Of a stretch of DNA of 64,000 nucleotides, positions 50,480 to 62,267 are shown piece by piece; the first letter of the stretch is position 1; every line of letters starts with the position of its first letter. The DNA lies in the NCBI GenBank assembly GCA_002269645.1, contig NIVC01002064.1:1-64000 (forward strand), in the 5' to 3' direction. The notes below the pieces were generated by a model, which was given only the letters and a program-made list of their open reading frames with translations, had not been told where the DNA came from and searched no databases. A program made the position numbers and the translations under genes. Origin of the DNA: Macrostomum lignano. Its lineage: Eukaryota.

Positions 50480-52620
50480 CTCTCCCTGCTTTCTTCCCTT
50501 ACCATCTCCCCTCTCCCTTCCCCTCTCATATCTCCCCTCTCTTCCCCTCTCATATCTCCCCTCTCCCTTCCCCTCTCATATCTCTCCCCTCTCTTCCCCT
50601 CTCATATCTCCCCTCTCCCTTCCCCTCTCATATCTCCCCTCTCTTCCCCTCTCATATCTCCCCTCTCCCTTCCCCTCTCATATCTCCCCTCTCTTCCCCT
50701 CTCATATCTCCCCTCTCCCTTCCCCTCTCATATCTCCCCTCTCTTCCCCTCTCATGTCTCCCCTCTCTTCCCCTCTCATGTCTCCCCTCTCCCTTCCCCT
50801 CTCATATCTCCCCTCTCCCTTCCCCTCTCATATCTCCCCTCTCTTCCCCTCTCATATCTCCCCTCTCTTCCCCTCTCATATCTCCCCTCTCTTCCCCTCT
50901 CATATCTCCCCTCTCTTCCCCTCTCATGTCTCCCCTCTCTTCCCCTCTCATGTCTCCCCTCTCCCTTCCCCTCTCATATCTCCCCTCTCCCTTCCCCTCT
51001 CATATCTCCCCTCTCTTCCCCTCTCATATCTCCCCTCTCTTCCCCTCTCATATCTCCCCTCTCTTCCCCTCTCATGTCTCCCCTCTCTTCCCCTCTCATG
51101 TCTCCCCTCTCCCTTCCCCTCTCATATCTCCCCTCTCCCTTCCCCTCTCATATCTCCCCTCTCCCTTCCCCTCTCATATCTCCCCTCTTCCCCTCTCATA
51201 TCTCCCCTCTCTTCCCCTCTCATATCTCCCCTCTCTTCCCCTCTCATATCTCCCCTCTCTTCCCCTCTCATATCTCCCCTCTCTTCCCCTCTCATATCTC
51301 CCCTCTCTTCCCCTCTCATATCTCCCCTCTCTTCCCCTCTCATATCTCCCCTCTCCCTTCCCCTCTCATATCTCCCCTCCCTTCCCCTCTCATATCTCCC
51401 CTCTCTTCCCCTCTCATATCTCCCCTCTCTTCCCCTCTCATATCTCCCCTCTCTTCCCCTCTCATATCTCCCCTCTCTTCCCCTCTCATATCTCCCCTCT
51501 CCCTTCCCCTCTCATATCTCCTCTCTCTTCCCCTCTCATATCTCCCCTCTCCCTTTCCCTCTCATATCTCCCCTCTCCCTTCCCCTCTCATATCTCTCCC
51601 TCTCTTCCCCTCTCATATCTCTCCTCTCTTCCCCTCTCATATCTCCCCTCTCTTCCCCTCTCATATCTCTCCTCTCCCTTTCCCTCTCATATCTCCCCTC
51701 TCCCTTTCCCTCTCATATCTTCCCTCTCCCTTTCCCTCTCATATCTCCCCTCTCCCTTTCCCTTTCATATCTCCCCTCTCCCTTTCCCTCTCATATCTCC
51801 CCTCTCCCTTTCCCTCTCATATCTCCCCTCTCCCTTTCCCTCTCATATCTCCCCTCTCCCTTTCCCTCTCATATCTCCCCTCTCCCTTTCCCTCTCATAT
51901 CTCCCCTCTCCCTTTCCCTCTCATATCTCCCCTCTCCCTTTCCCTCTCATATCTCCCCTCTCCCTTTCCCTCTCATATCTCCCCTCTCCCTTTCCCTCTC
52001 ATATCTCCCCTCTCCCTTTCCCTCTCATATCTCTCCTCTCTTCCCCTCTCATATCTCCCCTCTCTTCCCCTCTCATATCTCTCCTCTCCCTTTCCCTCTC
52101 ATATCTCCCCTCTCCCTTTCCCTCTCATATCTTCCCTCTCCCTTTCCCTCTCATATCTCCCCTCTCCCTTTCCCTCTCATATCTCCCCTCTCCCTTTCCC
52201 TCTCATATCTCCCCTCTCCCTTTCCCTCTCATATCTCCCCTCTCCCTTTCCCTCTCATATCTCCCCTCTCCCTTTCCCTCTCATATCTCCCCTCTCTTCC
52301 CCTCTCATATCTCTCCTCTCCCTTTCCCTCTCATATCTCCCCTCTCCCTTTCCCTCTCATATCTCCCCTCTCCCTTTCCCTCTCATATCTCTCCTCTCTT
52401 CCCCTCCCCTCTGCTTCAATTCTCCCTCTTCCCTCTTCCCTCTTCCCTTCCCTCTCTTCCTTTCCCCTCTCTTCCCCTCCCTGTTCCCTCTCCCCTCCCA
52501 TCTCTTCCTTTTCCCTCTCTTCCCCTCCCTTTTCCCTCTCCCCTCCCATCTCTTCTTTTTTCCTCTCTTCTCTTCCAGTCTTCCCTCTACCCTGTTCCTC
52601 TCTCCGTTTCCCCTCTCTCT
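50480..52620. repeat. 24-25-bp pyrimidine-rich satellite (TCTCATATCTCCCCTCTCTTCCCC), ~2.1 kb
   Basis: Direct reading. Confidence 0.95.
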
Positions 52621-53324
52621 TATCCGTTGCACAACTTGTGAAACTAGCAGTATTGCATTTCTTATCCTGTACTCCACTTGGCTCTCTTGCCCAACGCATA
52701 ATCATTTATGCTGCTATGACTAACTGGCAATATACGTAAAGTAGTGCAGAAAAGTTTCGTCTAATCCAGAAGGGACAAATTAATCGATATATCACCAATA
52801 CAGTGGTGTGTGCGCTGGCTCTGGCCTGGAGAAAAATGAGCACTAAGCAAAACTAGTGTGCATGTCTGGGTGCATGTTTGTGCACGTGTGCTCTGGCCTG
52901 AGTAGAGCAGAGAGCTGATTTCCCTTATTTGGCCAGCTCTGAGTAGGAACTGTGTTGCAAGACTGGCTGACTGACTGTAGCTATAGACGTGGGCGAATGG
53001 GGTGAGGGGTTTATAAGGGAGGCCTCGACGTACTTTGAAGTTCTTATACAGTTAGTCTTCTGAGCAGTATTTTGTTAATAATAAAAAGCCGCTTGAGCCA
53101 TGCGCCAGTCTGTTATTATTCAGTGCAGTCAGACTTCGAGCGCTGTTTGAGGCCCCTCGTGTCGCCTGTCTAGGCCTCGTACTCGTAATTACTGCTGTCT
53201 CGGGGGGCTCCGCTGCCTCCTCGGTCCCGTCCCACTGGCTATTAATTTCGCTGCGACACTCACACGGCTCTGCAGTTAGCCCCGAGGCTTTAAAACCGAT
53301 TTCTCCAATCATTAAATCATTCGA

Positions 53325-56300
53325 ATGTCAACTGGATTAAACCGGTTGGAGGACAAGTTTCGATTGGCGTTTGCCGGACTGGGCGAGATGCTCAACAGGT
53401 CTGACGGTGAGCCACTTTGATGCAGGATGCTATCTCCAGCAGGGATGCTGGGTATTGAGGGTCAGGAGGGAATCTCATGCTGGATACTGAGGGCGGTCAG
53501 GAGGGAATCTCATGCTGGATACTGAGGGCGGTCAGTAGGGAGTCTCATGCTGGATACTGAGGGCGGTCAGGAGGGAATCTCATGCTGGATACTGAGGGTG
53601 GTCAGGAGGGAATCTCATATTAGATACTGAGGGTGGTCAGGAGGGAGTCTCATGCTGGATACTGAGGTTGGTCAGGAGGAAGTCTCATGCTGGATACTGA
53701 GGGTGGTCAGGAGGGAGTCTCATGCTGGATACTGAGGTTGGTCAGGAGGGAATCTCATTCTGGATACTGAGGGTGGTCAGGAGGGAATCTCATGCTGGAT
53801 ACTGAGGGCGGTCAGTAGGGAGTCTCATGCTGGATACTGAGGGTGGTCAGTAGGGAGTCTCATGCTGGATACTGAGGGCGGTCAGTAGGGAGTCTCATGC
53901 TGGATACTGAGGGTGGTCAGGAGGGAATCTCATGCTGGATACTGAGGGTGGTCAGGAGGGAATCTCATATTAGATACTGAGGGTGGTCAGGAGGGAGTCT
54001 CATGCTGGATACTGAGGTTGGTCAGGAGGGAATCTCATTCTGGATACTGAGGGTGGTCAGGAGGGAATCTCATGCTGGATACTGAGGGCGGTCAGTAGGG
54101 AGTCTCATGCTGGATACTGAGGGTGGTCAGTAGGGAGTCTCATGCTGGATACTGAGGGCGGTCAGTAGGGAGTCTCATGCTGGATACTGAGGGTGGTCAG
54201 GAGGGAATCTCATGCTGGATACTGAGGGTGGTCAGGAGGGAATCTCATATTAGATACTGAGGGTGGTCAGGAGGGAGTCTCATGCTGGATACTGAGGTTG
54301 GTCAGGAGGAAGTCTCATGCTGGATACTGAGGGTGGTCAGGAGGGAGTCTCATGCTGGATACTGAGGTTGGTCAGGAGGGAATCTCATTCTGGATACTGA
54401 GGGTGGTCAGGAGGGAATCTCATGCTGGATACTGAGGGCGGTCAGTAGGGAGTCTCATGCTGGATACTGAGGGCGGTCAGTAGGGAGTCTCATGCTGGAT
54501 TCTGAGGGCGGTCAGTAGGGAGTCTCATGCTGGATACTGAGGGTGGTCAGGAGGGAATCTCATATTAGATACTGAGGGTGGTCAGGAGGGAGTCTCATGC
54601 TGGATACTGAGGTTGGTCAGGAGGAAGTCTCATGCTGGATACTGAGGGTGGTCAGGAGGGAGTCTCATGCTGGATACTGAGGTTGGTCAGGAGGAAGTCT
54701 CATGCTGGATACTGAGGGTGGTCAGGAGGGAATCTCATGCTGGGTGTCAAGATTGAGGTGAAGCGTCCTACTGAATGAGTCAATATGGGAATCAGCGAGC
54801 TAGCAGACTGACTTCCCAAGCAACCAAATCTCACCCCCAAGCAGCTCGCCGTCAGCAGCAGCAGGGCGCCGAACCCGTCTCGGTGCTGCGCGGGCCCCGC
54901 AAGCCGGGCGTCGGACGCCGCGACGGCCCAATCAGCCGCATCCTGGAGGACCTTGTGCACTTTAATAACAACCTGACACCGACTGCCAAGGACCCGGCTC
55001 TCTGGTGGTGCCCGCCCGCCGCCGCCGCCGGCTCCTGCGTCACCTTCGGTGAGCTCAGCCAGCGGGCCAACTTTTTGGCGCGCTGCCTGTTGCGCACCCT
55101 GCGCTCGCACGGCATCGACGTTTGCGGCGGCGGCGGCGGCGGCGGCGCGGCCCTCTGCGTCGTCATGCCATGCGGGCCGGACCGCCTGGCGCTGGAGCTG
55201 GCGGCGCTGAAGCTCGGCCTGCCGCTACTGGGCCTGGAGCAGCCGGAGGACGGCGACTTTGCCCGAATGCTGGTCGGCCTGCAGGCAGCGTTGAAGGCGG
55301 CGAAGCCGGTGGCCCTGGTGGCAGCGGCCTGTGCAGCGGCTCGCCTGCCCGAGCTTCGCAGCCTGGCGCCCGCGCTGGCCCTGGCGCTCCAGTTCGAGGA
55401 TCTGGCCGAGGCCGGCGAAGCTCTGGGCCTGTCCGACCGCGACCTGCAGGACGAGGAGCGGCCGGTGGTGGTGGCCGACGCGGACTCGGCCTGCTGCGCG
55501 GTGGCCATTGTGGTTGAATCCATGGGCGGCCGGTTGGTCAGCCTGACCCAGGGCCAGCTGCTGGCTGCGGCCAACTGGCTGCGGGACACCCTGCCCTGGC
55601 AGTGCCACGAGGTGCTGTGGATTGGCGACTCCTGTGACAGCGCCTACTGGCGGGTGCACGCGCTAAGCGCCCTGCTGAACGGCATCCCGCTGCTGATGTG
55701 CCCAGGCTGCGGCCGCTGGGACGCCTGGCTGAAGCTGGTCAGGGCTCAGTGAGTCTTTGGCAAGGCCTGCGGGCCGGTGTGGTTGACTGTTGATGGAGAA
55801 TTACAGTTAGCTAATGGGGGAATTACAGTTGGCTAATGTGGAATTATAAAAGCCCATGAGAAACTACAGATAGTTTAAAACAATATTTTACAGTTATTGA
55901 ATGACAGTTGATGGGGAATGAATGAAAGTTGATGGGGAATGAATAACAGTTGATGGGGAATGAATGAAAGCTGATGGGGAATTAATGACAGTTGATGGGG
56001 AATTAATGACAGTTGATGGGGAATTAATTAAAGTTGATGGGGAATGAATGACAGTTGATGGGGAATGAATGACAGTTGATGGGGAATTAATGACAGTTGA
56101 TGGGGAATTAATGACAGTTCATGGGGAATTAATGACAGTTGATGGGGAATTAATGACAGTTGATGGGGAATTAATGACAGTTCATGGGGAATTAATGACA
56201 GTTCATGGGGAATTAATGACAGTTAATGGGGAATTAATGACAGTTGATGGGGAATGAATGACAGTTGATGGGGAACGTCAGACCATTGACGTCATTGACT

Positions 56301-59300
56301 GTTACCTAAGAGTGACATCGCCGTTCATTCTGCCATCATCTGTTTGCCCGCCATCGAAATGCAGCTACGCCACCAGGCTGGTGGCCAGCCCCAGCTTCCT
56401 GACGGATCTGCTCAGCCACACGGCCAACCGGCCGGCTGCCCGCGCCCAGCTGGCCTCGCTAGAGACCGTCCTGGTCATCGGCGAGCCGCTGTCGCCGCGC
56501 ACGGCAGATGAATTCTACAGGCAGCTGGGCGCCGGCCGCACCCTCGGCTGCCTGTACGCCAGCGTGGAGGCCTGCGGAGCCGCCGCCTACGGCATCTACC
56601 GCTGCCCGGCCGACGTGGCCGAGGTCCGACAGCTGTCCGACAGTCTGCTGGCTCTGTCCGAGGCCGCTCCAAATGTCCGGCTGGCCGTCACCGACCAGCG
56701 CGGCAGGCCGCTGCCGGCCGGGCAGCTCGGCGAGATCCGCCTGCTGCTGCTCAACGACGTCGACTCCGACGACGGCAGGGACATCGGGTCGGAGGCCGCT
56801 TGGGCGTCGGCGCTGCGGACTGGCGATCTCGGACAGGTGCCGGGTGCCACCGGCCACCTGCTTTGCTACGGCCGGTCCGACCCGGCCGCTCTGGCCGCCG
56901 TTGAAGCCGCCGCCGGCATCGGCTGGCAACTGCTGGCGGCGCCGGGTAGCGCCGGGCGCCTATTGGCGATGGCACCAGCGCCGGAGTGTCGGCGCTTCTC
57001 TACGGCGCCGCTGATGCGTGAAATTTCTATGAAATTTGAGATTAAAGGTTTGGGAGAATTTTTGTAGTCTTTTTGTGACCCCGTGACCTCCTCATTTTAT
57101 CGCCTGACCTCTCCAATTTGGCGCCCTGTGACCTCAGTTTGGCGTCCTATGACCTCAGTTTGGCGTCCTATGACCTCAGTTTGGCGTCCTATGACCTCAG
57201 TTTGACACCCTGTGACCTCTGTTTGGCACCCTGTGACCTCAGTTTGGCACCCTGTGACCTCAGTTTGGCTTCTTATGACCTCAGTTTGGCACCCTGTGAC
57301 CTCAGTTTGGCGCTCTGTGACCTCAGTTTGGCGCTCTGTGACCTCAGTTTGGCGCTCTGTGACCTCAGTTTGGCTCCTTGTGACATTCCTAATTTGGCGT
57401 CTCGTGACCTTTATGTGTGCTTCCTATACGTAGACTTCCAATGTTACGTCATTTTTGCAACCTTCACTTGTCCAACCCGCCTGCCCAGTCGGTGTCCTCG
57501 CCGACTGCTCCGCGGTGCCCCGACGCCGTCTGTGGGAGCTGCCGGATCTGCGGGCCGTGCGCCAGCCCGCCTTCGCCGATGACGACCTGGGCGGCGGCGG
57601 CAGTGACGGCGGCAAAGGCGGCAAAGAAGCTGAGGACAGCGGTGGCAGCGACGCCTGGACGGCGGCAACTCGGCAGCTGGTGGAGGCGGCAGCGACGCCC
57701 GCTGGCGGGAAGCGGCCAGCCGGAGGCGGCGGTCTCGGCCGGCTGCTGAGCTGCCCGGAGCCGCCGCCGCAGGCTGACAGTCGCTGGCCGGCCTGGGAGA
57801 GCCACCTGCTGCACACGGAGGCCACCTACCGGATGGAGGGCCCGGACTTCGCCGGCAGCGTCGGCAGCTTTCGCCTGCTGGACGTCGGCGGCTCCGGCCG
57901 GGTGGCCGCCCTGGTGGAATTCCGCGTCATCGAGACCGGCATCGCCGGAGCCGCCGCCGACGCTGGCGAGGCCGGCTTCGACTCCGCCGCCTGCGCTGCT
58001 GCCGCGAAGGCTGAGCAGCAGCAGCAGCTTTCGCCGGCCTCGGAGGAGCTCGGCTCCGTCTGCCGGGTTCTTCGAGTTCGATTTCCGAGCTTCGCTGGCG
58101 GCGGCGGCAGCGGCGGCGTCAGGGCGCTTCGCTTCCTGCGGCTGGCCGACCTGGCGGAGCACCTGCTACTGCACTGCGCCCAGCTGCTTGGCTGCGGCCT
58201 GGCGATCCGCGTGGCGGACGATTTGGTTACTCAGGTTGGGCAGAAACTGGGACTGGGAATTCTCTCGATTGCCTGCCTATCCGCTCACGGCGTGCTTGGG
58301 GATGTGCTTGTCAGTCTCCGGGGAGCTGTCTCAAAATTCGACATTTAGATGGAATTTCCTCACCCAAAATGCCCCAACCCGAAATTCCCCTAACCCGAAA
58401 TCTCCCCAACCCGAAATCCCCCTAACTCAAAATTCCATCCAACCCGAAATTCCCCCAACCCGAAACTCCCCCAACCCGAAACTCCCCCAACCCGAAATCC
58501 CCTAACTCAAAATTCCATCCAACCCGAAACTCCCCCAACCCGAAACTCCCCCAACCCGAAATCCCCCTAACTCAAAATTCCATCCAACCCGAAATTCCCC
58601 CAACCCGAAACTCCCCCAACCCGAAACTCCCCCAACCCGAAATCCCCTAACTCAAAATTCCATCCAACCCGAAACTCCCCCAACCCGAAACTCCCCCAAC
58701 CCGAAATCCCCCTAACTCAAAATTCCATCCAACCCGAAATTCCCCCAACCCGAAACCCCCCAACCGGAAACCCCGAACCCGAAATCCCTCTAACACAAAA
58801 TTCCATCCAACCCGAAATCCCCCAACCCGAAACTCCCCCAACCTTAAACTCCCCCAACCCGAAATTCCCCCAACCCGAAACCCCCCAACCCGAAACCCGA
58901 ACCCGAAATCCCTCTAACTCAAAATTCCATCCAACCCGAAATCCCCAACCCGAAACTCCCCCAACCCGAAACTTCCCCTAACTCAAAATTCCATCCAACC
59001 CGAAACTCCCCCAACCCGAAATCCCCCTAACTCAAAATTCCATCCAACCCGAAACTCCCCCAACCCGAAACTCCCCAACCCGAAACTCCCCCAACCCGAA
59101 ACTCCCCCAACCCGAAACTTCCCCTAACTCAAAATTCCATCCAACCCGAAACTCCCCCAACCTGAAACTCCCCCAACCCGAAACTCCCCCAACCCGAAAC
59201 TTCCCCTAACTCAAAATTCCACCCAACCCGAAACTCCCCCAACCCGAAACTTCCCCTAACTCAAAATTCCCCCAAGCCGAAATTCCTCTCCCACTCAACC

Positions 59301-59620
59301 CGCAGACCCTGTGCCAGGAGCTCGGCTACAGGGTGGCCTCAACCCGCCAGCCGGTCTCCATGGGTCCGAATTTCGACGCCGTCTCCAACGGCTGTTTCAG
59401 CAGGGCGGCCGGCATTGGCGGCAGCCGCAGCAGCGCCAGCAGTCGCAGTAGCAGCGTTAGCAGCAGTGGCGGCGGCGGCGGCGGCGGCGGCCGAGGACGC
59501 GGTCAGGCCTGGGAGGCGGCCACCGTGTCGGAGCTGCACGCCCAGTGCCGAAGCTCCGCCGCGGTGCTGCTAGTTCGGTCGGTGCCCCGACTGACGTCCG
59601 AGGAGGCCTCCAGCCAGTGA
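53325..59620 (+). CDS. ebony: Ebony-type NRPS homologue (degenerate adenylation domain + amine-binding GNAT/aaNAT-like C-terminal domain; carrier domain not found), 5 exons, ~907 aa
   Basis: Exons 53325-53406 (phase 1, less certain; alternative ATG at 54775), 54821-55748, 56365-57017, 57489-58234 and 59306-59620 join in frame (2724 nt). Ebony-like blocks: SVLRGP, TFGELSQRANFLAR, AKPVALV, RLVASPSFL, GEPLS...F...G.RTL..LYASVE, RPLPAGQLGEI, RTGDLG, and C-terminal EHLLL.CAQ..G..LAIRVADDLVTQ.LCQELGY. Confidence 0.82.
53455..54745. repeat. 35-bp minisatellite (GGTCAGGAGGGAATCTCATGCTGGATACTGAGGGT), first intron of the Ebony-like gene
   Basis: Direct reading. Confidence 0.95.
55900..56277. repeat. 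21-bp minisatellite (ATGACAGTTGATGGGGAATTA), Ebony-like intron 2
   Basis: Direct reading. Confidence 0.9.
57108..57385. repeat. 21-bp minisatellite (TGTGACCTCAGTTTGGCGCCC), Ebony-like intron 3
   Basis: Direct reading. Confidence 0.9.
58360..59285. repeat. C-rich array of ~16-bp units (AACCCGAAACTCCCCC) with periodic TAACTCAAAATTCCATCC, Ebony-like intron 4
   Basis: Direct reading. Confidence 0.9.
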
Positions 59621-60249
59621 CTCAACGGCATCTCAGTTAATTTTTATTTATTTTATATATTTCGCTTATATTCTAGAGTTCAACAAGTTCAACTAAATGA
59701 CAACTTAATAACTGAGTTATCAAGTTGTCCTTGGCTTGATGTCCTTGCTGTCTGCACACTGCTTTTTTAGAATGGAATCCATTAAAACTTCGGTTTTGCC
59801 ATAGACTATTTTCGGTCAAAGAATGTAGAGCCTAAAAATTCTAATTTTTTAAAGCGAAGTTAAACCTTCAACTAAAAGTTTGAAGGTGTCGTCTTTCTAC
59901 TATCAGCCTGTTGTTCCTGAATGCAATGCTATCAGGTTTTGAGACGCTAAAAACACCAGGTGTCATCTCGGAGTCGCCCGTTTCGATTTTATAATTAAAC
60001 TATTTTAAACAGCTACGAGTAGAAAATCTATGGCTATTTCGATGCTTTCATATTTCGTCTATGGCGAAAAGCTTATTTAAGCGATAATTGCTGCAACTGG
60101 TCTATCTGGTGTTTTTTAGAATGCCTTAGTGCAAGTTATTCCCCTCTTGTTTTATTTTTTGTGGTCGCGAACGGCTGAGGACTCGTTTATGGGGTCGGGG
60201 TGTGGCCGAAACCGCTCGAGGCCATATAGACAAGTGAAATAAACGGGAA

Positions 60250-61100
60250 TAATTTTATTTATTACCCACTTGGAGCCTGGCCATGGACTACAGAAACAAA
60301 CGTTTATTTGCAGCTTTTATTGCGCCAGGCAAAAAATACGTTTCTATAGTCTATGGCCGGGCCCCAAGTGGGTAATAAGTACGTTTCTGTAGTCTTTGGC
60401 CGGGCCCCAAGTGGGTAATAAATACTTTTCTGTAGTCTATGGCCGGGCCCCAAGTGGGTAATAAATACGTTTCTGTAGTCTATGGCCGGGCCCCAAGTAG
60501 GTAATAAGTACGTTTCTGTAGTCTTTGGCCGGGCCCCAAGTGGGTAATAAGTACGTTTCTGTAGTCTATGGCCGGGCCCCAAGTGGGTAATAAATACTTT
60601 TCTGTAGTCTATGGCCGGGCCCCAAGTGGGTAATAAATACGTTTCTGTAGTCTATAGCCGGACCCGAAGAGGGACAATAAGTACGTTTCTATAGTCCATG
60701 GCCAGCCCCAAGTAGGGTAATAAATACGTTTCTGTAGTCTATGGCCGGCCCCCAAGTAGGTAATAAATACGTTTCTGTAGTCTATGGCCGGGCCCCAAGT
60801 GGGTAATAAATACGTTTCTGTAGTCTATAGCCGGACCCGAAGAGGGATAATAAATACGTTTCTATAGTCCATGGCCAGCCCCAAGTAGGGTAATAAATAC
60901 GTTTCTGTAGTCTATGGCCGGCCCCGAAGTAGGTAATAAGTACGTTTCTGTAGTCTATGGCCGGACCTGAAGAGGGATAATAAATACGTTTCTATAGTCC
61001 ATGGCCAGCCCCAAGTGGGTAATAATTACGTTTCTGTAGTCTATAGGCGGGCCCCAAGTGGGTAATAAATACGTTTTTGTAGTCTATGGCCGGACTCCAA
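60250..61100. repeat. 43-bp tandem array (TTCTGTAGTCTATGGCCGGGCCCCAAGTGGGTAATAAATACGT) preceded by one inverted unit
   Basis: About 17-18 forward units at 60340-61100. 60252-60300 (TTTATTACCCACTTGGAGCCTGGCCATGGACTACAGAAAC) is the reverse complement of a unit. Confidence 0.85.
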
Positions 61101-61434
61101 GCCGGGAAAAATCATTTATATGCTCCTGTGTGTTTCGACTTTTTATTTTTTCATTAATTTTGTTTCTCGATAAATATCTATTCAATCAGTACGAACACGC
61201 AGGCACTGTATTTCCCTTTCTGTTAATTTTTGTTTTTTTTCAACTTTCGTGTTTGTTTCGCTTTTCTATGCTGCAAAGTTGAGCCATTTTTTTACTTGAA
61301 AACTATTTGCAAACCAATTCCTATTTCCAAGTGTAGTGCCGCTGCCTCTGCCTGTCTGTTTAATAAATTCTGCGTTCCAGAATGGTTGTTTATCTGTAAG
61401 GAAATTCCCTAAGGAAAATGCAACTGAGAAATCC

Positions 61435-62267
61435 ACTGACTGACTGACTGACTGACTGACTGACTGACTGACTGACTGACTGACTGACTGACTGACTGAC
61501 TGACTGACTGACTGACTGACTGACTGACTGACTGACTGACTGACTGACTGACTGACTGACTGACTGACTGACTGACTGACTGACTGACTGACTGACTGAC
61601 TGACTGACTGACTGACTGACTGACTGACTGACTGACTGACTGACTGACTGACTGACTGACTGACTGACTGACTGACTGACTGACTGACTGACTGACTGAC
61701 TGACTGACTGACTGACTGACTGACTGACTGACTGACTGACTGACTGACTGACTGACTGACTGACTGACTGACTGACTGACTGACTGACTGACTGACTGAC
61801 TGACTGACTGACTGACTGACTGACTGACTGACTGACTGACTGACTGACTGACTGACTGACTGACTGACTGACTGACTGACTGACTGACTGACTGACTGAC
61901 TGACTGACTGACTGACTGACTGACTGACTGACTGACTGACTGACTGACTGACTGACTGACTGACTGACTGACTGACTGACTGACTGACTGACTGACTGAC
62001 TGACTGACTGACTGACTGACTGACTGACTGACTGACTGACTGACTGACTGACTGACTGACTGACTGACTGACTGACTGACTGACTGACTGACTGACTGAC
62101 TGACTGACTGACTGACTGACTGACTGACTGACTGACTGACTGACTGACTGACTGACTGACTGACTGACTGACTGACTGACTGACTGACTGACTGACTGAC
62201 TGACTGACTGACTGACTGACTGACTGACTGACTGACTGACTGACTGACTGACTGACTGACTGACTGA
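61435..62267. repeat. Uninterrupted (ACTG)n microsatellite, 833 bp
   Basis: Direct reading; no variant unit seen. Confidence 0.97.

Noticed and set aside
50424-52739. 771- and 765-aa Pro/Ser/Leu ORFs (also 48767-49496, 31685-32513, 34663-35258, 61409-62278)
   Set aside because: All are translations of tandem arrays.
54700-58348. Bacterial contamination or recent horizontal transfer as the source of the NRPS-like ORFs; overlapping antisense ORFs
   Set aside because: Four spliceosomal introns with host-type minisatellites and an Ebony-like layout indicate a native animal gene. The antisense ORFs reflect high GC content.
18735-59285. Idea that G-rich intronic arrays always lie on the template strand (G-quadruplex bias)
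   Set aside because: True for 18735, 27372, 34663 and 58360 but not for 20293, 53455 or 55900; no consistent rule.
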